The translations under genes and the position numbers were made by a program. Under the pieces are notes generated by a model. That model saw nothing but the letters and a program-made list of their open reading frames with translations, was not told where the DNA came from and searched no databases. A stretch of DNA of 61,050 nt, taken from positions 1 to 61,050 of the forward strand of contig JAJDNX010000123.1 in assembly GCA_022340485.1 (NCBI GenBank), written 5' to 3'. The DNA is from Gammaproteobacteria bacterium (GTDB lineage Bacteria > Pseudomonadota > Gammaproteobacteria > UBA9214). The first letter of the stretch is position 1; the number at the start of each line of letters is the position of its first letter. Below are positions 8,729-19,011 of the stretch, one piece after another.

Positions 8729-9919
8729 ATGCATATGCACAAACAGCCAGTAGGGTATACCGGTGCTGCGATCCTGAACCTCGGTTTTCGACCGTTCTTT
8801 GCCGGTGCCGCAATTTTCTCGGTGCTGTCCATGCTGTACTGGATGGCTGTCTATGTACTCGCTTGGCACTGGCAAACGGCGCTGCCGGCTTCAACCTGGC
8901 ATGCACACGAGATGGTCTACGGCTATGGCATGGCGGTGATTGCCGGCTTTCTGTTGACGGCCGTGCGCAACTGGACCGGTGTACAGACATTGCATGGAAT
9001 ACCACTGTTGCTGCTGTTTCTGCTGTGGCTTGCAGCGCGTCTGCTGCTGCTTGGAGATGCCGCTATCCTGAAATGGGCGGCAATGGCGGATGTCCTTTTC
9101 AACGCCCTGCTGGTGGCCGCGCTTGCCTGGCCCATTTTCAAGGTACGACAGTTCAAACAGCTTGGCATCCTTTCCAAGGTGCTGCTGCTGATGCTTGCCA
9201 ACCTGCTGTTCTATGCCGGTGTGCTGGAAATATCCCCCTGGGGTGTACACGCCGGTCTGTATTCGGGGGTCTATCTTGTCCTGGCGCTGATCTTTGTCAT
9301 GTCGCGTCGGGTAATCCCCTTCTTCATTGAGCGCGGGCTCGATCAGGCGGTCACGCTGAGGAACCGTGACTGGCTGGATGCGGCCAGCCTGTTGCTGTTT
9401 ATCGGCTTCTGGCTTGCCGACATTGCATGGCCGGACTCACTGCCGGTGGCGGTGCTTGCCGGGACGCTGTGTGTGCTGCACGGTATCCGGCTCACCGGCT
9501 GGTATGCCGCAGGTATCTGGTCAAGGCCACTGCTGTGGGTGTTGTTTCTTGCCTATGCGGCCGTGATTGTCGGCTTTGCCCTCAAGGTGGCGGTGTACGT
9601 GTTGGCTATTTCGCCCTTCCTGCCTCTGCACGCCTTTACTGTTGGCGGGATCGGCCTGTTTACCATGGGCATGATGGCGCGGGTAACACTCGGGCATACC
9701 GGCAGGGATGTCCTCCAGCCGCCGTCACAGGTGTCGTGGATGTTTGCATTGCTGCTGGTCAGCAGCATCGTCCGGGTCGGGTTGCCATGGCTTGATACGG
9801 CACACTACGTATACTGGATCGGTCTGTCGCAGCTCTTGTGGATCCTTGCCTTTACCCTGTTCCTGTGGGTGTTCCTGCCCATGCTGTACCGGCCGCGCAC
9901 CGATGGCCAGTTTGGTTGA
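8729..9919 (+). CDS. nnrS: NnrS family membrane protein (NO stress)
   Basis: LGFRPFF, WHAHEMVYGY, FLLTAVRNWTG, RVTLGHTGR motifs. Confidence 0.93.
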   Translation: MHMHKQPVGYTGAAILNLGFRPFFAGAAIFSVLSMLYWMAVYVLAWHWQTALPASTWHAHEMVYGYGMAVIAGFLLTAVRNWTGVQTLHGIPLLLLFLLWLAARLLLLGDAAILKWAAMADVLFNALLVAALAWPIFKVRQFKQLGILSKVLLLMLANLLFYAGVLEISPWGVHAGLYSGVYLVLALIFVMSRRVIPFFIERGLDQAVTLRNRDWLDAASLLLFIGFWLADIAWPDSLPVAVLAGTLCVLHGIRLTGWYAAGIWSRPLLWVLFLAYAAVIVGFALKVAVYVLAISPFLPLHAFTVGGIGLFTMGMMARVTLGHTGRDVLQPPSQVSWMFALLLVSSIVRVGLPWLDTAHYVYWIGLSQLLWILAFTLFLWVFLPMLYRPRTDGQFG

Positions 9920-9933
9920 AGCGGTCCGGCCGG

Positions 9934-10575
9934 TCATTTTTGATCAGGGTCCTCCCCTTCGCCAGCCGCTGCTTCATCTTCCCAGTCATAGGTTTTTGTC
10001 GCTGGCGCCGCGTCACGGTTGCGGAACAGGAATGCTGCCAGGATCCCGGTGATGGCACCGAAGAAATGGCTTTCGTAGGAGATGCCCGGTTGCTGAGGAA
10101 AGATGCTCCACACCATCCCGCCGTAAAGAAAAAACACAATCATGGACAAGGCCATGGAAAACTTGTCGCGGCGCAGGATGCCAGTGGTAAAGATGAAAAA
10201 CATCATGCCATGCGTCAGGCCACTGGCGCCGATGTGATAGGTGTGGCGGGCAAACAGCCAGATACCCACACCGGAGCCTATATAGATCAGTGCCAGCACA
10301 GGCAGGGCAGCCCGCGGGTAGCCGTACAGCAGGGTGACGCCGAGCAGCAGCAGCGCGAAGCTGTTCGAAGCCAGATGACTCCAGGAGCCGTGAATCAGGG
10401 GTGCGAACAGGATGCCCAGCAGCCCATGCAGCTCACCCGGGTAGACGCCAAGCCGGTACAGATTCAGCCCAAAGGCACGGTCAGCCAGCTCAATAACCCA
10501 CAACAGGGTAATGAAGGTTACGACAACCAGAACGCTATGCTGCAGCCTGCTGCTCACCCGGCTATTGTTACACAA
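9934..10575 (-). CDS. Rhomboid family intramembrane serine protease
   Basis: HGSWSHLASN, IGASG catalytic Ser, ESHFFGA catalytic His. Confidence 0.9.
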   Translation of the reverse strand: MCNNSRVSSRLQHSVLVVVTFITLLWVIELADRAFGLNLYRLGVYPGELHGLLGILFAPLIHGSWSHLASNSFALLLLGVTLLYGYPRAALPVLALIYIGSGVGIWLFARHTYHIGASGLTHGMMFFIFTTGILRRDKFSMALSMIVFFLYGGMVWSIFPQQPGISYESHFFGAITGILAAFLFRNRDAAPATKTYDWEDEAAAGEGEDPDQK

Positions 10576-10725
10576 TTGTCCGGCTGTAACGGGAGGGCGT
10601 TAGCGTGGCGGTTAGGCAGGCAGTTACAGTCAAGTCAGCCTGGCTCTCAAACGGAAGTGCAGCTGCCGATAGGGGGCCGCTGGTCTATAATTTGCCCTAG
10701 ATCACCCGGGAGGAGGTAACAAGCT

Positions 10726-11190
10726 GTGCCGCTATGGGCATTTTTTCACAGCGTGAACTGCACGCAGTTACCATCCCTTGTCATGGTTGCACTGGCTGTA
10801 CTGATTGGTATCGGTGGCTGTGCCAGTCCGGCAAAGCGACCGCTGCTGTACCCCAACGACCACCTGAATGAAGTCGGTCAACAGGCTGCGCAGCAGGACA
10901 TCAATGCCTGTATGGCACTTGCACGTACCTCGAACGTGAATGAGAACAAGGACGGTGAGGCAGGGCGCAAGGCCGCCGGTGGGGCTGCGATCGGAGGGGC
11001 CTCTGCAGCTGCCTGGGGACTGGTGAGCGGTGGCAGTGTCGGTAATCGTGCCCTGGCCGGTGCCGCGGCGGGTGCCACAGCGGGTGCAGTAAGTGGCGGC
11101 CTGCAATCGACGGAGACCTCACCGCTGTTCATGAATTTCGTCAACAAGTGCCTGTCGGACAAGGGCTACAGTGTGGTCGGCTGGCAATAG
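10726..11190 (+). CDS. Glycine-zipper lipoprotein
   Basis: Lipobox IGGC; [15 protein letters not shown] zipper; CLSDKGYSVVGWQ end. Start may be 10783. Confidence 0.75.
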   Translation: MPLWAFFHSVNCTQLPSLVMVALAVLIGIGGCASPAKRPLLYPNDHLNEVGQQAAQQDINACMALARTSNVNENKDGEAGRKAAGGAAIGGASAAAWGLVSGGSVGNRALAGAAAGATAGAVSGGLQSTETSPLFMNFVNKCLSDKGYSVVGWQ

Positions 11191-11250
11191 TATGGATAGG
11201 GAGCGTGTGCCACGTTATCCCCGTCTGCGGTAGCCTTTCTGAATTTAGGC

Positions 11251-11604
11251 ATGTTAACAGGAACGCTCTTTTCTGGTATGGATCCGAGTATCGAAGATAT
11301 CTGGCAGGGTATCTGGTGGACCTGGGTAACAGTAGCGACGGCAGGGTATGGCGATGTCGTGCCACAAAGTGCTGCGGGCAAGGTGTGCGGGGCGATCGTG
11401 ATCATGTTTGGTGCTGGTTTTTTCTCCCTGCTGACTGCCAGCTTTTCGACCTACTTTATTTCGCGTGGCGAGGTGGAGATCGGGTAGGAGGAGGCCAAGG
11501 AGATCTATCGCCTGAGGGATATCGAAAGGCGCATTCAGTTCATGGAGGAGGCGCTGCAGCGGATCGAGGCGGTTTTGAATAAAGACCGGGATTCGACAGC
11601 ATAG
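11251..11604 (+). pseudogene. KcsA-like 2TM potassium channel remnant with in-frame TAG
   Basis: WWTWVTVATAGYGDVVP pore; TAG at 11485-11487, then frame continues as coiled-coil-like EEAKEIYRLRDIERRIQFMEEALQRIE to 11604; upstream in-frame stop at 11197 shortens TM1. Confidence 0.65.
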
Positions 11605-11641
11605 CCTGGGCAAACGTTGTGCCTTGATCGCGCGGATTGCG

Positions 11642-11853
11642 TTATCCACAAAGTCTGTGGATAACTCTGTGGATGAATTGTTGTCAATTGCACCAAATCC
11701 CTATTTTTCCCTGTTTGGCGTTAAATTGATCAAATTTTATCCACAGCAAATTATTTATAACAATCAATTGCTTAAGTATATTAGAAGACTGTAAATTACT
11801 GTATTCTATGGTTCTGCAAGACAAAAAAATCACCAAAACAGGGCTGTGTATAA
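11642..11853. promoter_or_regulatory. DnaA-box cluster with IHF and Fis-like sites (DARS-like element)
   Basis: TTATCCACA 11642-11650, TGTGGATAA 11656-11664, TGTGGATGA 11668-11676, TTATCCACA 11737-11745, TGTGTATAA 11845-11853; IHF consensus 11762-11774; AT-rich and non-coding. Confidence 0.75.
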
Positions 11854-12038
11854 GACACGGGTCTATACGGGAATCTACTAACAAGCCGGTCAATCCGGCA
11901 GGCCCGGTTGGGGCCCATTGTCGTGTTGACTTCCACCACAGACAGGCCTTATTTCATCTTTTAGACCGCCTCCAGGTGTGGCTAATCACGCGACGTTGCA
12001 GGGATATTTACTATCCGCTGTGAATTTTCTTGCAGTTG

Positions 12039-12052
12039 TTAATCTGCATCAA
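12039..12052. promoter_or_regulatory. FNR/DNR-like box
   Basis: TTAAT-CTGC-ATCAA (1 mismatch), about 70 nt upstream of the 12123 ORF. Confidence 0.55.
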
Positions 12053-12122
12053 CACAACGCTGTGTGGTTCCCGCTAGAATCACAAATGGTCAAAAGAGAC
12101 CCTGAAACAGGAGGATCTGAAC

Positions 12123-12356
12123 ATGAACACCCGGCATGCAGAAGTTACCTTTCATATCGATGAAGAGACATCACACGATGAGCGTGAAAGGTTCCGTGAT
12201 GTTCTGCTCGCAATGGACGGTGTGATGGCGGCTTCGTATCACGATGAAAAACCCCATCTAATGCTGATTGAATACAACCCGGAGGTCATCAAATCCATAG
12301 AGTTTGTGAACGCCGCGAAAAAGCATGGTTTGCATGCTGAATTGATTGGCTTCTAG
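12123..12356 (+). CDS. Small HMA/ferredoxin-fold-like protein lacking CxxC
   Basis: AGGAGG RBS; beta-alpha-beta pattern (DGVMAA..IEYNPE..GLHAELIG); His-rich. Confidence 0.7.
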   Translation: MNTRHAEVTFHIDEETSHDERERFRDVLLAMDGVMAASYHDEKPHLMLIEYNPEVIKSIEFVNAAKKHGLHAELIGF

Positions 12357-12434
12357 CACCCACTGATCTACAGAACCGCACCTCTACCAGGCTGATCGAG
12401 GTACAGTCAAGAGAGCGCCTTTATCCTGGAGCGG

Positions 12435-13097
12435 TTACTGCCAGGGGACCAGCTCGACATCGAGACATAACTGTACCGTTTCGCTGACGAAGAAGCGGTA
12501 GCTGTTCATGTTGAAACTGGTACGCTGGACCTGGCCCCTGCCCTGCAGCAGGATGCGTGCAGGGCGCTCCTCCTCACCGTCTTCCAGTGGACGTAACGCG
12601 AGGCTGAAAGTAACCGGCTGGGTTACACCGTGCAGGGTGAGGTCACCATGAATGTGACCCTCGGTATTATTCAACCAGTGTGCGGTGTGTCCCACGAACA
12701 GGATCTCGGGGTAGTGGCTGGCGTCAAAGAAATCCTGCCCGGTCACCAACGGCAGCAGGGTGGTATTCTCTGACGACAGGCTGGCGGTGCGGATGAGCAA
12801 CAGTGCCTGCCCATGCTGTGCCGACAGCGGTGGAAAAACAAGGCCACCTATAATGTTGGTGAACTCACCGCGGAACTCCTGTCCGGGAAAATGCCGTACA
12901 CAGAACCCAACCTTCGACGCCTGCGGATCGACCCGGTAGAGTCGCCCGTTACTCGCTGCCTCCCGCATGATTTGCAGTAAACCCGGGTCAACCCGCCCCC
13001 CTTCGAATGGGGTGCAGGGCTGGTCGGCCATGGCAGGTCCGAGCGCCAGGGCAAGTGCAAACAGCAGGACGGTTTTCAGCATTTCAGTTATGAACAC
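12435..13097 (-). CDS. YceI family periplasmic lipid/isoprenoid-binding protein
   Basis: YRVDPQASKVGF, FFDASHYPEILF, GDLTLHGVTQPVTF motifs; signal peptide. Confidence 0.88.
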   Translation of the reverse strand: MFITEMLKTVLLFALALALGPAMADQPCTPFEGGRVDPGLLQIMREAASNGRLYRVDPQASKVGFCVRHFPGQEFRGEFTNIIGGLVFPPLSAQHGQALLLIRTASLSSENTTLLPLVTGQDFFDASHYPEILFVGHTAHWLNNTEGHIHGDLTLHGVTQPVTFSLALRPLEDGEEERPARILLQGRGQVQRTSFNMNSYRFFVSETVQLCLDVELVPWQ

Positions 13098-13232
13098 CAG
13101 ACAGTTTTGTCTAGGTATTGATCGTCCGGGTGCTGATAAGTTGCAGCATCAACGCGTTCATCAGGCACCCGGCATGCACTGGCTCAATGAGTGATTGTCC
13201 CTCCCGCCCACTTTGAGAGGCTTAACCGGCGA

Positions 13233-13667
13233 TTATGCTTTCGTGAGGCTGCGAACCAGTGGATAGAGGTGTTCGGTCTCATCCAGTATGCGTTGCAGCA
13301 CGATTTCGAACAACTCATCCGTGTCTTTGAGAAACAGTGCATGTTCGTTAATGTGCAGGGTGTCCCCTTTCTGTGTGGGGCACCAGCGCTTGGTGAAGTC
13401 TTTCAGAATACGCTTGATTTCCATGGAGCCCGACATGAAGTTTCTGGCAACATTGTTGATCTTCTTGTCGGGGCTTTTCAGCAGGTCGCTGTACATTTCC
13501 CTGTCAACTACCTCGATGTGTTCCTTGACCAGATCCACATAACGATAGAAGAGTTCACAGCAGGAGCCCGTGTCGCACATGGATCTGTCCTTGAACAGAT
13601 AGCTGAGTACATTTGTGAGTTCAGTAATGCGATGATTTTGTTCGTTAAGTTCTGTATAGCTAATCAC
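13233..13667 (-). CDS. Hemerythrin/HHE-like helical protein
   Basis: QNH..EH..D..MY and ETEHLYPLV pattern; GGAGG RBS before GTG. Confidence 0.6.
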   Translation of the reverse strand: MISYTELNEQNHRITELTNVLSYLFKDRSMCDTGSCCELFYRYVDLVKEHIEVVDREMYSDLLKSPDKKINNVARNFMSGSMEIKRILKDFTKRWCPTQKGDTLHINEHALFLKDTDELFEIVLQRILDETEHLYPLVRSLTKA

Positions 13668-13808
13668 CCGATCCTCCAGTGTATTTAGAATTTGTTTGGA
13701 TATAGTACCCTAGAAAAAGGATAAAAAGGTCGGCGCTAAATGAGAAGGCGGGTTTTTTCACCGACACAAGAGCTTGTGTGCTGTCGCCCTGTCGGTAGAT
13801 CTCGTTGC

Positions 13809-14183
13809 TTACTCCTTGAGTTGTCCGGCAATTTTCTGCAACGAGGCTTCATTGTTGCAAAAGCTGATATTGCCGGCATCCACCGTTCCCTCGGCTAACC
13901 GGGTGTCGCACTCCCCGGTGTTCGCGCAGTCATTGCAGCGCTGCATTTGTTCGCGGATCGCAACCACGCGTTCACTGGACAGGTAGCTGTCCGTATCGAT
14001 GCCGAGCGCGGTGAGCATTTTGCCGAGCCGCAGCCGCTGAAGCTGTTCCGCGAGTGTCTGCCGGTACTTCATACCGGCACGGGTATTGAAAATAATGGCA
14101 ACCGGCAGCAGCACCATAAAGATGGCCAGCAACAGCCCAAGCAGCAGGATCGAGAGAATGGATACAAGATTCACTAGATTCAT
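13809..14183 (-). CDS. Membrane-anchored Cys-motif protein (DUF6455-like)
   Basis: N-terminal TM; RCNDCANTGEC..FCNN motif. Confidence 0.6.
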   Translation of the reverse strand: MNLVNLVSILSILLLGLLLAIFMVLLPVAIIFNTRAGMKYRQTLAEQLQRLRLGKMLTALGIDTDSYLSSERVVAIREQMQRCNDCANTGECDTRLAEGTVDAGNISFCNNEASLQKIAGQLKE

Positions 14184-14228
14184 GGGATGTCCTTGCCGCG
14201 AATTTCAGATAACCCCGCCCGCTACGCC

Positions 14229-14885
14229 TTAGTTGTGCTGGAACCTGCAATAGACAAACTGCTGCAGGCCGCCGTTGGTTGTGCGGTGCTCTTCGGTGAG
14301 TGTCTCGACCAGGTGCAACGATTGTGGTCCCAGTGCCTGGCTGAGTGTTTCGGGGCTGTAGCGCATAATATCAAGGCCACTGCAACGGCTCGGGCCACTG
14401 TCCGAGAAGGTGGCAATGATGGCCTGTCCCCCCGGCTTCAGGCTATGGTGCAATGCCTCCAGGTAACTGTTGCGGTCGAGCTCATTTGTCAGGAAATGAA
14501 ACACCGCGCGGTCATGCCAGATGTCGAATTTTCGTGCGGGTGAAAAGTCCGTAACATCACCCTCGATCCATGTCACCTGCTGACTCCGGTCGCCCAGGCG
14601 GAGCTGGGCCCGCTGAATAGCCGTACGGGCAATATCGAGCACCGTGATGTCACAATAGCCGGCCTGTAGCAGATGATCGACGAGGGTGGAGGCGCCGCCA
14701 CCAATGTCTATGATGCTGGCCGCGGTGCCGATGCCCGTATCGGCGATCAGGGAGAGTGAATGTTGCGGATGTACGTGGTGCCAGTTGACCTCGGCAGGCC
14801 CCTTAGCTGCATACAGGTGTTCCCAGTGGTCTTTCCATTCGGGGTGCTTGCAGATGGCCGGTTGCCGTGCAGGGCTGGTATTCAT
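14229..14885 (-). CDS. Class I SAM-dependent methyltransferase
   Basis: IIDIGGGAS, WHDRAVFHFL, CSGL motifs. Confidence 0.9.
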   Translation of the reverse strand: MNTSPARQPAICKHPEWKDHWEHLYAAKGPAEVNWHHVHPQHSLSLIADTGIGTAASIIDIGGGASTLVDHLLQAGYCDITVLDIARTAIQRAQLRLGDRSQQVTWIEGDVTDFSPARKFDIWHDRAVFHFLTNELDRNSYLEALHHSLKPGGQAIIATFSDSGPSRCSGLDIMRYSPETLSQALGPQSLHLVETLTEEHRTTNGGLQQFVYCRFQHN

Positions 14886-14919
14886 TGCGTACTTATATAG
14901 ACAATCACGCTGTCTGTCA

Positions 14920-14933
14920 TTGATCCATATCAA
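14920..14933. promoter_or_regulatory. FNR/DNR box upstream of methyltransferase
   Basis: Exact TTGAT-CCAT-ATCAA. Confidence 0.75.
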
Positions 14934-14986
14934 GGAATCGTGCTGCCATGGCTTTATCTTGGTCAGTGTCCGGGTAGAAGCAGGTA

Positions 14987-15661
14987 CTAGCCCAGTGTCT
15001 GGATGTCCTTGATATGAATCAGGTTGCCTTCGGCGACGATATGTCCCTCGCGCTGCAGGTTGCGCAGGATGCGCGAGAAGGATTCTGGCTGGATGGAGAG
15101 GCGCGAGGCAATCACATGCTTGGGAGCGCCCAGTTTGACGGTCACTTCATGTTGCGCCCCCGCCGGCACCTGGTGGAGCAGGTAGTTGGTAAAACGCAGC
15201 GTGGCATTTTGCAAGGTCAGTGCGTCGATGTCTGCGAGCTGCCGCTTCAGCCAGGTGCTCATGTCGGCCATCAGCCGGAAGCAGGTGTCGGTTGAGTCCC
15301 GCAAGATGGCGCGGAAGGTATTGTTGGAAAAGGCCAGCAATTCACAGGCGTCAAGGGCACTGGCATTGACCGGGTAGACCTGGCCCTCCATGAAGGTGAT
15401 GGCCTCGGCAAAGGTTTCGCCGGCCGTGATCAGGTGTATCACCTTTTCAGTTCCGTCGGGCGCTGACAGGTACAGCCGAATCGTGCCACTGCGCACCATG
15501 AAAAACTGCCGGGCTTGCTGCTGGGCATGAAACAGCAGTTGACCATCACCGAGGTGGATGAGCTGTGCAGTTTCCAACAACAACGCCAGCTGCCGGTCAT
15601 CCAGTCCGCCGAACAGCGGATGACGGCGCAGTTCTCCGGGCAGGATCTTGCTCGCATTCAT
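14987..15661 (-). CDS. dnr: Crp/Fnr family regulator, DNR type
   Basis: GETFAEA sensor domain; IASRLSIQPESFSR HTH with ExxSR; no FNR N-terminal Cys cluster; next to nor/nir. Confidence 0.82.
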   Translation of the reverse strand: MNASKILPGELRRHPLFGGLDDRQLALLLETAQLIHLGDGQLLFHAQQQARQFFMVRSGTIRLYLSAPDGTEKVIHLITAGETFAEAITFMEGQVYPVNASALDACELLAFSNNTFRAILRDSTDTCFRLMADMSTWLKRQLADIDALTLQNATLRFTNYLLHQVPAGAQHEVTVKLGAPKHVIASRLSIQPESFSRILRNLQREGHIVAEGNLIHIKDIQTLG

Positions 15662-15781
15662 GCTGCCAGCTTACCCAATCCTGCAGAAAACTGCAGCAGA
15701 GAACGGACTAACACAGATCAAGGTGTACGGGTCGGGTTTTTGCCAGAGTATCTGCATGGCAGGGGTGGATGTGAAAGATTG

Positions 15782-16045
15782 ATGAATGCCGAGCGGATTC
15801 TGGATGTGCGTGGAATGGAACAGCCGGAACCACTGTTGCGGGTGCTGGCGGCGCTGGGTGAACTGGGCTTCGGTGAATATCTGCACCTGTTGAGTCATCG
15901 TGACCCGGTATTGCTTTACCCGTTGCTGGCACAGCAGGGGTTCGCCTATGAAAAAACGCTACCCGGCGTGGCAACGATTGAACTCCTGATCTGGCGTGCG
16001 GGCGATGCCGTTGCGGAACGGGGTGTGCGTGAGCGTGCTAGTTGA
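15782..16045 (+). CDS. DUF2249/TusA-like small protein
   Basis: LDVRGMEQPEPLLRVLAAL..HRDPVLLYPLL motif. Confidence 0.75.
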   Translation: MNAERILDVRGMEQPEPLLRVLAALGELGFGEYLHLLSHRDPVLLYPLLAQQGFAYEKTLPGVATIELLIWRAGDAVAERGVRERAS

Positions 16046-16058
16046 AGCAGAGGCCTAG

Positions 16059-16072
16059 TTAACATAGGTCAA
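16059..16072. promoter_or_regulatory. FNR/DNR-like box upstream of norC
   Basis: TTAAC-ATAG-GTCAA, about 60 nt before norC ATG. Confidence 0.6.
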
Positions 16073-16134
16073 GGTTAAACATGCTTTCCGGCCAGTAGGA
16101 TGTCACCCAACCCCAGTTGGAAGAGGAGTCGACT

Positions 16135-16569
16135 ATGAGTGGTACCTTCACAAAATCCATGGCGCGCAACATCTTTTATGGTGGCAGTGTCTTCTTCTTT
16201 TTACTTTTTCTGGCACTGACCTTCAATACCACGAAGGCCCTGCCCGAACGGGACAACCGCGGTGCCATCAGTCCCGTGGTCGCCAAGGGCAAGCTGATCT
16301 GGGAAGAGAACGACTGTATCGGTTGTCATACCTTGCTGGGCGAGGGCGCCTACTTTGCGCCGGAGCTGGGTAACGTCTATACACGCTACGGCAACAGCAA
16401 GGAGGCCATTATCGGCTTCATCAAGAGTCGCCCGGTAGATGGCATCCCTGGTCGTCGCAGCATGCCGCAGTTCAATTTCAGCGACGAAGAGCTGAACGCA
16501 CTGGCGGAATTCCTGAAATACACCTCAGAAATCAACACGGCGGGCTGGCCGCCCAATGTCCAGGGTTAA
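16135..16569 (+). CDS. norC: Nitric oxide reductase cytochrome c subunit
   Basis: FTKSMARNIFYGGS, CIGCH, EGAYFAPEL, WPPNVQG. Confidence 0.97.
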   Translation: MSGTFTKSMARNIFYGGSVFFFLLFLALTFNTTKALPERDNRGAISPVVAKGKLIWEENDCIGCHTLLGEGAYFAPELGNVYTRYGNSKEAIIGFIKSRPVDGIPGRRSMPQFNFSDEELNALAEFLKYTSEINTAGWPPNVQG

Positions 16570-17979
<1,410 letters not shown>

Positions 17980-18088
17980 TTCACTACCAGGGGAGTTGAT
18001 GCTCCCGCACTTGCAGCGGGTTGATACAGCAATGGATCAACCTGCTTTTTTTTGCAGGGATACGAACCACAGCCCGTGTCCTGACGAA

Positions 18089-18102
18089 TTGACATGAATC
18101 AT
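18089..18102. promoter_or_regulatory. FNR/DNR-like box upstream of norQ
   Basis: TTGAC-ATGA-ATCAT. Confidence 0.5.
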
Positions 18103-18198
18103 GGTAAATGCAGGGCACCCGGACTCGTTTTATAGCCAGTGAAAGCGGGGCATGGGTGCTTGCAGCTCATGACTGCAAGCAAGACAGGAGGATGTCTG

Positions 18199-19011
18199 AT
18201 GGATGCAACTGCGGAAACACACACCAGTCTTGGTAGCCTGCCGTTCTACAAGCCGCAGGGTAACGAGGTGGTGCTGTTCGAATATGCCTGGCGACATTGT
18301 CTGCCGATGCTGATCAAGGGTCCGACGGGTTGCGGCAAGACGCGTTTTGTCCAGTACATGGCAGCCAGCCTCGGACGCCCCCTGTATACCGTTGCCTGTC
18401 ACGATGACCTGACAGCCGCCGATCTTGTGGGTCGCCACCTGATCGGTGATCACGGTACCTACTGGAGCGATGGTCCACTGACCCGTGCCGTGCGTGAAGG
18501 TGCCATCTGCTACCTCGACGAGGTGGTGGAGGCACGCAAGGATACTACCGTGGTGTTGCACCCGCTGACCGATGATCGCCGTATCCTGCCGATCGAACGC
18601 ACCGGCGAGACGCTACAGGCACCGGCGGAATTTATGCTGGTGGTCTCCTACAATCCGGGCTATCAGAACCTGCTCAAGGGGATGAAACCGAGCACCCGCC
18701 AGCGCTTCGTCGCGAAGCGTTTTGATTTTCCCGAACCGTCACTGGAAGCAGAGGTCCTGCAAGGCGAGTCCGGCATCGACGCTACACTGGCAAAGCGGCT
18801 GGTGGCGCTGGCAACGGCCTTGCGTGCCCTCAAGGACCATGATCTGGAAGAAGCGGCATCCACGCGCCTGCTGGTGTATGCCGCCACCCTGATCCGGAGT
18901 GGCTTCGATCCGCTGGAGGCCTGCCGTTCGGCACTGGTGGAGCCGCTTACCGATGACGAGGAGACCGCCGTCGCCCTGATGGAGGTGGTGCATGCCACGT
19001 TTGGCGCATGA
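18199..19011 (+). CDS. norQ: NorQ/NirQ AAA+ (MoxR) ATPase
   Basis: GPTGCGKT, YLDEVVEAR, SYNPGYQ, STRQRF; AGGAGG RBS. Confidence 0.95.
   Translation: MDATAETHTSLGSLPFYKPQGNEVVLFEYAWRHCLPMLIKGPTGCGKTRFVQYMAASLGRPLYTVACHDDLTAADLVGRHLIGDHGTYWSDGPLTRAVREGAICYLDEVVEARKDTTVVLHPLTDDRRILPIERTGETLQAPAEFMLVVSYNPGYQNLLKGMKPSTRQRFVAKRFDFPEPSLEAEVLQGESGIDATLAKRLVALATALRALKDHDLEEAASTRLLVYAATLIRSGFDPLEACRSALVEPLTDDEETAVALMEVVHATFGA

Noticed and set aside
11485-11487. Amber codon as pyrrolysine or programmed readthrough
   Set aside because: No pyl genes in the window, other genes here use TAG as a normal stop, and the gene is also truncated at its 5' end.
11642-11853. DnaA-box cluster as oriC
   Set aside because: No dnaA, mnmG/gidA or parAB nearby and no clear 13-mer or GATC-rich unwinding array; the box geometry fits DARS better. 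Not fully excluded without GC skew.
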